From the NCBI GenBank assembly GCA_031367385.1, contig JANLPS010000306.1, positions 1-14,256 on the forward strand: a DNA stretch of 14,256 bases. The letters are read 5' to 3'. The notes under the pieces are model-generated. The model searched no databases, had not been told where the DNA came from, and was given only the letters and a program-made list of their open reading frames with translations. Both the position numbers and the translations under genes were made by a program. Below are positions 7,547 to 14,256 of the stretch, piece after piece. Source of the DNA: Archangium sp. (GTDB taxonomy: Bacteria; Myxococcota; Myxococcia; Myxococcales; Myxococcaceae). Every line of letters begins with the position of its first letter. Position 1 is the stretch's first letter.

Positions 7547-7759
7547 TCAGAGGGCTCGGTAGAAGATCGCCACCGTCAAGCAGTGAAACGCATCGTCAGA
7601 GCTCTGCGTGACCACGGTATCTGCGATCTCGATGCCCTGGTTGGCCTCGAGCCACCGCGTAATCGACTCGCCCATCGCCTGGCGATCGCGCATTACCGTG
7701 GTCGAAAAGATCTTCACTGAATCGAACGCCATTTTTTCAGAGGTGACGCCGCCGCTCAT
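7547..7759 (-). CDS. Small conserved hypothetical protein of myxobacterial type
   Basis: Pattern F..VK.FS.T..RDR..MGE.ITRWL.......VV.QSSD.AFHCLT..IFY; ATGA overlap with the upstream stop and a GGAGG RBS. Alternative start at 7732. Confidence 0.8.
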   Translation of the reverse strand: MSGGVTSEKMAFDSVKIFSTTVMRDRQAMGESITRWLEANQGIEIADTVVTQSSDDAFHCLTVAIFYRAL

Positions 7760-8391
7760 TTCTGACCTCCCGTCGATGGCCCAGTTCGCTCAGCGACCGA
7801 GTGGGGCTGGGTGATGGTCGGTGGGTCGCTCGCGGGAAACGAGTCGGCCAGCTCATCGTCGAGCTGGTCGCTGGGCGTGTGCGGCACCGAGAGCGCCTGC
7901 GTGCGAAGCGGGCGATAGACCGCTCCCAAGACCGCGCCGAAGATCAGGTGAGCAATCACCATCGAGGCCGGCCGGGCGGGGCGGTCTCGCTGGGGGCGAG
8001 CCATCAACCCGGCTGCAGGTATCCACCCGGCGTAGCTGACGGCCCAGAGCGCGGCTCCGAACATCGCACCTGCGGCGACCCGTGAACGCGTCGATTCAAG
8101 CGGCGAAGCGAGCGCTCCGTAGAGGGCCCCCGCGCCCGCGCCATAGCCCAGGTGCGTGAGGGCGGTCATCGCCTCGACCTGGGGTGAACGTGTCGCGTTC
8201 GAGGCTCCGAAGAGCGACAAAATTCTTCGTGTTAATTTTCGCGGAGGCGGCTCACCCAGCGCACCCATCTTGTGGGCCGCGATGAGAAAACCACCCATCA
8301 CCGACGAGGCCGCGACGCTGGCCACAGCCCCTCGTGCTGCGTTGTTGCGGAGCGTTGCGGCGGAGAAGTTCTGGTTCGAAAGACGAGTCAT
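7756..8391 (-). CDS. Membrane protein (DUF1440/DUF6789-like) with a C-terminal acidic FPASDPP tail
   Basis: About four hydrophobic helices; HLGYGAGAGALY, LWAVSYAGWIP..GLM..P, AHLIFGAVLG; tail DQLDDELADSFPASDPP. Confidence 0.8.
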   Translation of the reverse strand: MTRLSNQNFSAATLRNNAARGAVASVAASSVMGGFLIAAHKMGALGEPPPRKLTRRILSLFGASNATRSPQVEAMTALTHLGYGAGAGALYGALASPLESTRSRVAAGAMFGAALWAVSYAGWIPAAGLMARPQRDRPARPASMVIAHLIFGAVLGAVYRPLRTQALSVPHTPSDQLDDELADSFPASDPPTITQPHSVAERTGPSTGGQK

Positions 8392-8417
8392 GCGGCCTCA
8401 CAGTTTCGAGGCCCTCG

Positions 8418-8433
8418 TGCACAACCCAGGCCA
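8418..8433 (-). promoter_or_regulatory. Putative sigma54 -24/-12 promoter
   Basis: TGGCCT-GGGTT-GTGCA; the -12 C is 28 nt before ATG 8391. Confidence 0.5.
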
Positions 8434-8489
8434 TGGGCGCCACGGCTTGGCCTTCACAAGAGACGGCCCACGCTGTAGGGGCAGGCCCT

Positions 8490-9227
8490 ATGGGGCGCTT
8501 CGGCGAGACGACGTGGGCAGGCATCGATGGTCTTCGAGGGCAGATTCAAACTTGCGCCACCGCGGGCACGGTTCAAGAGGCGGCCCAGGCCTTCACGGCG
8601 TTGATGTCTGCGCGCTTCGAGACATTGGTGTTGGCTCGCCTGTTCGTGGTGCTGCCCTTCGAGCGATTGCCGGTTGCTGATCAAGCGGCCGCCACAGCCT
8701 TGGTCAACGGCGACGCCCGGCTGACGGCCACGACGCGCGTGCTCTCGTTGCTCGGCACCACGGGCCGCCAACCCCGGTGGAATGATCGAACCTTGAGTGA
8801 AGGGCACCGGGCGATACCGTTGCTCGATCAACAGTTCGTGCAGGGCATCCCCATGATTGCGCGGCTGCTTGGCGACCTCGAGATCGACCTGGCGAGCCTG
8901 GCCGACGGCCGGCCAATCGCGACTCGCCGCATGTTGGGTGGCAGCAACAGCACCTTCTTCGTCGACCGGGCGTCGAGCGCCAAAGACGCTCAAGGCCGCT
9001 TCGTCATCCCCTCGCAGAAATTCGTGAAAGACCACGCCATCGAGACGGTGTTCGGCATGGGAGGCTCGTGGTTCGACGGCACGCTCGCCGTGGCGATCTT
9101 CTTCTGCGCCGAGACCATCGAGCGGCTGGTGGTCGATCGCTTTCCAAGCCTGATCAGCAATTTCAAGATGGCGACCTCGAAGCTGATTCAGGGGCGGCAC
9201 CTCTACAGCGGCTCAGGGGCGCGTTGA
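8490..9227 (+). CDS. Conserved hypothetical protein, possibly a stand-alone GAF-like sensor domain
   Basis: Motifs LSLLGT.G..P.WN.R..S.GH.AIPL, PMIARLL, IPSQ.FV....I.TVFG.GG; good codon bias from ATG 8490. The longer 8334 start overlaps the divergent gene. Confidence 0.78.
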   Translation: MGRFGETTWAGIDGLRGQIQTCATAGTVQEAAQAFTALMSARFETLVLARLFVVLPFERLPVADQAAATALVNGDARLTATTRVLSLLGTTGRQPRWNDRTLSEGHRAIPLLDQQFVQGIPMIARLLGDLEIDLASLADGRPIATRRMLGGSNSTFFVDRASSAKDAQGRFVIPSQKFVKDHAIETVFGMGGSWFDGTLAVAIFFCAETIERLVVDRFPSLISNFKMATSKLIQGRHLYSGSGAR

Positions 9228-9510
9228 GGTCTTCGAGGCTTCGACGCCTCCGCTCCCGCGCACCTGGCCGCTCTCGCCGGGCTTGTGGAGCGTGCCCTCA
9301 GGGTTGCGGGGTGCCTCGTCATACTGCTGACGGGTGACCTGCTCGCTCCCGTGGTTGATCAACGCGCCCTTGGGTCGCTTCGCTCCGGGCAGCGAGCACC
9401 ACCTTGGCGCCCTGGGCTGCGGCGCTGATGGCGGTGGCGAGGCCGATGCCGCTCGAGGCTCCGGTGATGGCGACGACTTGCTCCGACAGCGGCTTCAGCG
9501 TCAGGGCGAT
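9213..9510 (-). pseudogene. Short-chain dehydrogenase/reductase (SDR) remnant
   Basis: GGAG RBS followed by ATC in place of ATG; LKPLSEQVVAITGASSGIGLATA...GAKVVLAARSEAT, then a frame change at ~9372 into KGALINHGSE, then QQYDEAPRNPEGTLHKPGESGQVRG to TGA at 9213. NNAG and YxxxK are absent. Confidence 0.85.
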
Positions 9511-9635
9511 GAGGTGCTCCGTTGGAGGTGGGTGAGCGCCGTGCCAAGGGCTCAGGCGACGCACGATCGCCGCACCCGAGGGGGCTCGTTACAGTGCCGC
9601 CACAGTGGCTGACGGCGTCGGCCCCGGCGGAGGCT

Positions 9636-9651
9636 TGGCGCGAATAACGCA
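9636..9651 (+). promoter_or_regulatory. Putative sigma54 -24/-12 promoter
   Basis: TGGCGC-GAATA-ACGCA; the -12 C is 40 nt before ATG 9690. Confidence 0.5.
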
Positions 9652-9689
9652 GGGTGTGAAGTCGACTTTCCCCTTTCTTGGAGAACGAC

Positions 9690-9914
9690 ATGGACACTGC
9701 AGCGACCCACACGCAGGACGACGAAGCCTCGAACCCGGCGGCGATTCTCGGAGAGGTCTCCGAGCGTTTGGCGCCGAAGCTCGAAGAAGCGCAAGCCCAG
9801 CTCGCGGCCGTGAATAACCGCGTCAAAGGGTTCATTCGTGCATACCCAGGTGCCACGCTGCTCGGCGTCGCTGGCCTGGGTTTCATCATCGGGCGATTGG
9901 CGTCGCGCAAATGA
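9690..9914 (+). CDS. Small tail-anchored membrane protein, DUF883/ElaB/YqjD-like C-terminus
   Basis: Helical N-terminus, then FIRAYPGATLLGVAGLGFIIGRLASRK; GGAGA RBS before ATG 9690. Confidence 0.8.
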   Translation: MDTAATHTQDDEASNPAAILGEVSERLAPKLEEAQAQLAAVNNRVKGFIRAYPGATLLGVAGLGFIIGRLASRK

Positions 9915-10270
9915 GCCAGGTTCACCGACGGGAGCGCGGCACCCGTGAGCCGCAGCCCATGCCGGCGCCCGCAGTCAAAGAGCGGGCCGCTTCGGCGGCG
10001 AAGAGCGTCAATGCAGCAGTGAACAATGCGGCTGATCGGCTTGGTTTGGCTGAACGGGTCGCGAAGAACCCGTACGGCCTGGCTGCGGTGGCCTTGGCGG
10101 TCGGCTACTTCGCCGGAGGGGGCCTGTTCACCCGCACCACCGCCCGATTGATTCAATTCGCGGCGCACCTGTCAACGGTGCCCGTGGTTCGCACGCAGCT
10201 CTTCGAAATGGCCGAGCGCGCGGTCGACGTTGTGATCGACCAATCGAAGCGAATCAGCGAAGAGCGCTGA
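9911..10270 (+). CDS. Hypothetical membrane-anchored protein
   Basis: ATGA overlap with the upstream gene; V.KNPYG..AVAL.VGY..GGGLFT..TARL resembles a second DUF883-like anchor. Confidence 0.78.
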   Translation: MSQVHRRERGTREPQPMPAPAVKERAASAAKSVNAAVNNAADRLGLAERVAKNPYGLAAVALAVGYFAGGGLFTRTTARLIQFAAHLSTVPVVRTQLFEMAERAVDVVIDQSKRISEER

Positions 10271-10290
10271 TCAGCCCGAACGAAACCACG

Positions 10291-12184
10291 CTAGCGACGG
10301 CCGAGCGCTTCTCGGTAGAGCCTGGCGTTTTCCATCGTCATCGCGGCGCGCCGGCCCAGGTCTTCGGTCAGCTCGAGATCGCTTGGGCCGTAGCGACGCG
10401 GTGACCCGGGCTCGACGCCGACGGTCATCGCGCCAAGCACGCGGCCGCGAAGCTTCAACGCGCTGCAGATCAACCCGGGCTCGAGGTGCGAGACGCCGGT
10501 ACGCACGACTGCGGCGACCCGTTCGTGCGTCGCGTCGAGGTCGAGCCTGTCGGGGTCGAGCTGCACCAGCGCCAGACGAATGACTGCGCCGTCAGCACCG
10601 ACCACGTCTACCGCGCACCAATCTCCGAGCATCGGCACCGCGAGGCGGGCGACGGCCTCGAGCGTCTGATCAACTTCGAGCGAGGCGGGCGCTCAAGAGC
10701 TCGCTCGCCTGGGCCAAAAAGGCCGAGCGCATCCGGGCCAATTGCGCCTCTTCGAACAGCCTGGCCCGCTCGAGCGCCACCGCGCATTGGTGGGCGAGCA
10801 CGAAGAAGAGCACCCGTTCATCGGAGCGCAGGTTGTGGCCTGGCTCGAACCTGAACGAGACCAGCCCGATGCAGCGTTGCTCGACCATCAGCGGCAAGCA
10901 CACGAACCCGTAGTTCGGCTCGGGGTGTTGCATGGTCGCTTCGACCTGGGAGTAATGCGATTTGAACTCGACGCGCGAGTCGACCCAGATCGCCTGGCCG
11001 GTTCGCATCGACTCGGCCGCGGGCGTCTGATCAGTCATTCGCACCGTGGCGAACCGCTCGCGGCCCTCGCGGGCGTAACCGAATGACGAGACCAACGCGG
11101 CCTCCGCCCCTTCACTGGAGAGAAGCCAGAGACCACCCGACTGCGCTCCGAGGGCGATCACCCCCTGCTCGACGGCGACGCTGGCGACCTCGGTCGATGA
11201 CAGGGCCCGGGCGAGGGCGGAGGTGACGGTCTGCAACCGCGCGGTGCGCTCTGCGATGCGCTTTCGTTCGCTGATGTCGGTGGTGAAGCAGCGGCTGTGC
11301 ACGAACTGCCCATCGCGCTCGTGCACGTTCGAGTTGATCGACACGACCCGGGTCGACCCGTCTTTGCATCGCAGCCGGGCCTCGTGGTTGCGCACGGTCT
11401 CGAAGCGCTTCAGGCGCGCAAACAGGTCTCCGATGACCGCCTGGTCGACGTGAAACTCGGAGATGGGGTGCCCGACGCGAAGGGCGTTCTCGAGGTGTTT
11501 GCGGCCGTGCAGCTCGGTCTCGAGCGCCAGGGTGCGCTGCTGCAAAAATGTGATCTCCCGGAGCAGCTCGAGCTGACCCGCCGGCTCGAGGTCGGCGCTG
11601 GGAGCGGGCATCACGTGTGAGTGGTGCTCGCAGATCAGCCTCAGCTGCGCGGAGTCGCTCGGTTGGTCGAAGCTGCGCATCGAGTAGGCGCAGAGCATGG
11701 TTGCGTGGTGCGTCGTGACCGGCTCACCCCACAGCTTCTCGAGGGCCACGGCGGCCTCTCGTTGGTTGCGCTGCCACAGCAGGTCGACCATCTCAGCGTA
11801 GGCCCGCACCCGACGCGCGGGCTCACCCGCGGAGATCGAGCTGAACAGCGTGCCGACGTGCAGCGCAAAGGCCTTCGCGTCGGGCAGGCCATCGACCATG
11901 AAGCTGGCCAGGGCCTCCTCGGGGTCGAGGAGTACGAGCCGGCGACGCTGTTGCTCGGCCTCGACGGCGATGCCTCGTTGCTCCAGCTCACGGGTGAAGA
12001 GGTCGCGGCGCTCGGGCGAGACCAGCAGCATCGTCGGCTCACCTGCGGTCAGCCCGGCGACCAGAAAATCTCCGACCACTCGGCCGAGGCGCTGGTCGTC
12101 GTTGTAAAATTGCACCATGTGCGCGGCAGGGCCTGGCGGGCGAACTGGCATCGACGTCGTTGAGCTCAGAGCGGGGGCCTTCAC
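10291..12184 (-). pseudogene. MEDS-(partial PAS)-GAF-GAF sensor gene, frameshifted and without an output domain
   Basis: MEDS motifs HMVQFY, VRAYAEMVDLLW, LCAY, HSHV; only the C-terminal half of a PAS/PAC; GAF1; a 4-bp duplication at 10684-10691 shifts the frame; GAF2 (LAVPMLGDWCAVD...ENARLYREA) then a stop. The GTG start overlaps the upstream TGA. Confidence 0.8.
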
Positions 12185-13800
12185 CGAGGGCGAGACTCTA
12201 CGCGCATTTGGGCCCAGGTCGCCTCGAGTTGCTCGAGCAAGCTTTGAAAAACGACCGGTTTATCGGCCCACTCGGTGCCCTCATAGCCGCGGGCCAGCTT
12301 GGGCGAATCAATCTGGCCAGAGATGACGATGACGGGTATCTGCGAGAGGGCGCGGTCGAGCTTGCGGCGCTCGAGAAATTGAACGCCGCCCATGACCGGC
12401 ATGATCAAGTCGAGCAAGATGACGAAGGGGTCGGGCTCGAGCCCGCGCAGACAATCGAGCGCCATCTGCCCATTCTCGGCGGTGGTGACCTGATAGCCCT
12501 CGCTCTCGAGCAGCTGGGCCAGCGATTCGCGGGCCTCTTCGTCGTCATCGACCAGGAGCACCTTGCGGCGGCTTCGCTCGAGGCGCAGCGAGGGGCTGGG
12601 GCGCGAGGGCATCGGCTCGGGGGGCAGATCGCTGCTGGGCAGGGTGAAGTAGAACGAGCTCCCAGTGCCCTGCGTACTCTCGGCCCAGATTTGGCCTCCG
12701 TGGCACTCGACGATACCCTTGGCGATCGAGAGCCCGAGGCCGGTACCGATCTTCACCGTCTTGTCGGCCTGCCAGTACGGCCTGAAGAGAGTCGCGAGCT
12801 GCTCGGGGGCGATGCCGGAGCCGCTGTCGCCCACCGAGATGACCACTCCGGCGGGGTGGGGGTGCGCCTGCACCGCGATGGTGCCGTCTTCAGAGCTGGC
12901 CTTGAGCGCGTTGGTCAGCAGGTTGAGCAGCACCTGAATGGTGCGCTCGCGGTCAGAGAAGACCACCAGCGGCTTGCTGTTGCGCAGATGCACCAGGCTC
13001 ACCGTCTTCTCGGCCGCCACTGGCGCCATCAGCTCGAGCACCGAGGCGATCAACTGGTCGGCGTCATTGCGGCGCGGCTCGATCAGCAGATGCCCGGCAT
13101 CCATACTCGAGAGGTCGAGCAGGTCGGCGAGCAGCCGGGTCATGCGCCGCGAGGAGCTCTTGATGGTCTCGAGCTGCGGGCGCCCGACGGCGCGGCGTTC
13201 ACCGGTGGGCATTCGCCGCATCAAGACCTCGGTCGACATCAAGATCGCGTTGAGCGGGTTGCGCAGGTCGTGCGAGATGATCGACAAGAAGTCTTCGCGC
13301 ATGCGCTCTGAATCACGCGCGGCAGCCTCGGTCTTCTTGCGGCTGGTGATGTCGCTGAGCACGGTGCGATACCCGACGACCCCGTTGCGCGACGGCGTGC
13401 TGATCATTTCGACGACCATGGGCGCCCGCAGCCGCAAGCTCAGGGTCAGCTCGGTCGTGACCTCGTTCGAGCCCGACTCGCACGCGGCCAGGTGGTTCAT
13501 CAACAAGCGTAGGTCTTCACCGGCGACGAACTGCACCAGCGATTGGCCGACGAGCCTGCCGCGCTCGATGCCCAGAAAGCGCGCGCAGATGAGGTTCGAC
13601 TCGAGAAACTGGCCGCTGCGCGAGAGCGTGCAGTAGGCCACCGGCGCGAAGTCGTAGAGGTCTGAGTAGCGCGCCGCCGACTCCTCGAGCCGCTGCTGTG
13701 CCAGCCGCAGCTGGTGGTTCTGAAACTCGACCTCGGTCTGGTGCTCTTCGAGGTCTCGCATCAAACGCTGGTGATTTTCTTGGCTGGCCCCGGAGCTCAT
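12181..13800 (-). CDS. Hybrid sensor histidine kinase (coiled coil-PAS-HisKA-HATPase-REC)
   Basis: YSDLYDFAPVAY PAS start; H-box SHDLRNPL; N-box NLLTNALK; G1 DSGSGI; G2 GTGLGLSI; REC with LVDDD, LLDLIMP and DKP. ATG 13800 has a GAGGAG RBS and an ATGA overlap. Confidence 0.95.
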   Translation of the reverse strand: MSSGASQENHQRLMRDLEEHQTEVEFQNHQLRLAQQRLEESAARYSDLYDFAPVAYCTLSRSGQFLESNLICARFLGIERGRLVGQSLVQFVAGEDLRLLMNHLAACESGSNEVTTELTLSLRLRAPMVVEMISTPSRNGVVGYRTVLSDITSRKKTEAAARDSERMREDFLSIISHDLRNPLNAILMSTEVLMRRMPTGERRAVGRPQLETIKSSSRRMTRLLADLLDLSSMDAGHLLIEPRRNDADQLIASVLELMAPVAAEKTVSLVHLRNSKPLVVFSDRERTIQVLLNLLTNALKASSEDGTIAVQAHPHPAGVVISVGDSGSGIAPEQLATLFRPYWQADKTVKIGTGLGLSIAKGIVECHGGQIWAESTQGTGSSFYFTLPSSDLPPEPMPSRPSPSLRLERSRRKVLLVDDDEEARESLAQLLESEGYQVTTAENGQMALDCLRGLEPDPFVILLDLIMPVMGGVQFLERRKLDRALSQIPVIVISGQIDSPKLARGYEGTEWADKPVVFQSLLEQLEATWAQMRVESRPR

Positions 13801-14256
13801 TGGCTCTCCTCTGATTTCGGGCCCGCGAGCTCGATGGATATGAGCATCAACGGCGCATCTTTCCCTACATTCCGTATGCGGCTGCCGGCGATGACCATGG
13901 TTCTTGGCGCGCCTTTGGGTGTCGTGCGCTCGACGGTCGCGCCTTGAAACGGAGCGCCGGTCATCAAGGTTCGGCGCAGCAAGCGGTCGAGCTCGACGTT
14001 GGCCCACTGCCCTGCGCCGACCCGGGCGAACGCGCTGCCCAATGTCTGGTGCTGGCTGATCGAAAAGACCTGGTAGCAGGGTGGGTTGGCCCAGAGCACC
14101 GTCTGATCAGCGTCGACGATGAGCAGCGGGTTCTGCACATCCTTGAGGGTGTGGGCCGCATAGGCCTCGATGTCGCTGAGCAGCTCCACGCGGCGCCGAG
14201 GCAGCTCGATGTCGATCAGCGTGATGACCGCTCCGCGAATGGCCAGGTCGAGCGTG
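13797..14256 (-). CDS. 3' end of a PAS-domain protein, probably a CheB/CheR fusion (partial)
   Basis: Frame is open to the window edge. TLDLAIRGAVITLIDI resembles the PYRT.D..I.G.V.T..DI PAS end of CheB/CheR fusions; a final PAS follows (QNPLLIVDADQTVLWAN..YQVF...LLISIE-like end). The CheB/CheR domains themselves are outside the window. Confidence 0.7.
   Translation of the reverse strand, partial: TLDLAIRGAVITLIDIELPRRRVELLSDIEAYAAHTLKDVQNPLLIVDADQTVLWANPPCYQVFSISQHQTLGSAFARVGAGQWANVELDRLLRRTLMTGAPFQGATVERTTPKGAPRTMVIAGSRIRNVGKDAPLMLISIELAGPKSEESQ

Noticed and set aside
7025..8419. Identical 13-mer CGAGGCCCTCGTG at 7025-7037 and 8407-8419, both intergenic
   Set aside because: Only two copies, GC-rich, and at different positions and orientations relative to the nearby promoters; compatible with chance.
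12160..13311. 383-aa ORF on + strand, and similar long antisense ORFs (1036-1989, 1806-2564, 2847-3620, 5159-5977, 8454-9200, 9359-10168)
   Set aside because: Shadow frames of well-supported genes on the opposite strand; expected in high-GC DNA; no recognisable motifs.
13801..14007. N-terminal extension of the kinase ORF to 14007
   Set aside because: Overlaps the upstream PAS gene in another frame; ATG 13800 has an RBS and an ATGA coupling.
1..14256. CRISPR array, tRNA/rRNA, transposase/integrase, phage or defence genes
   Set aside because: No regularly spaced repeats, RNA gene signatures or such protein motifs seen; composition is uniform apart from the 6.3-kb promoter.

Overview
GC-rich chromosomal window, most likely from a myxobacterium (Myxococcota; inferred from the protein families present). 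It is an accessory stress and signalling neighbourhood of about 20 genes. Left to right: alpha/beta hydrolase, DUF4833 protein, C39-peptidase-like protein, CaCA cation antiporter, Nudix-fold protein, DUF4142 protein, pcm, a divergent HxlR/YceI pair, a single-domain response regulator, several small or membrane hypothetical proteins, a collapsed SDR pseudogene and a DUF883-like pair. The right end is the 3' part of a translationally coupled operon (CheB/CheR-type PAS protein > hybrid histidine kinase > MEDS/GAF gene). I saw no RNA genes, CRISPR arrays or mobile elements. The most notable non-obvious signals are: (1) sigma54-type -24/-12 elements just upstream of seven genes, plus a decayed one; (2) two apparent pseudo-enzymes (C39-like and Nudix) with substituted catalytic residues; (3) deletion-driven decay of the SDR and MEDS genes; (4) three phased operator-like boxes between hxlR and yceI; (5) RBS-occluding hairpins. 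All family calls come from motif recognition by eye; no database searches were run.
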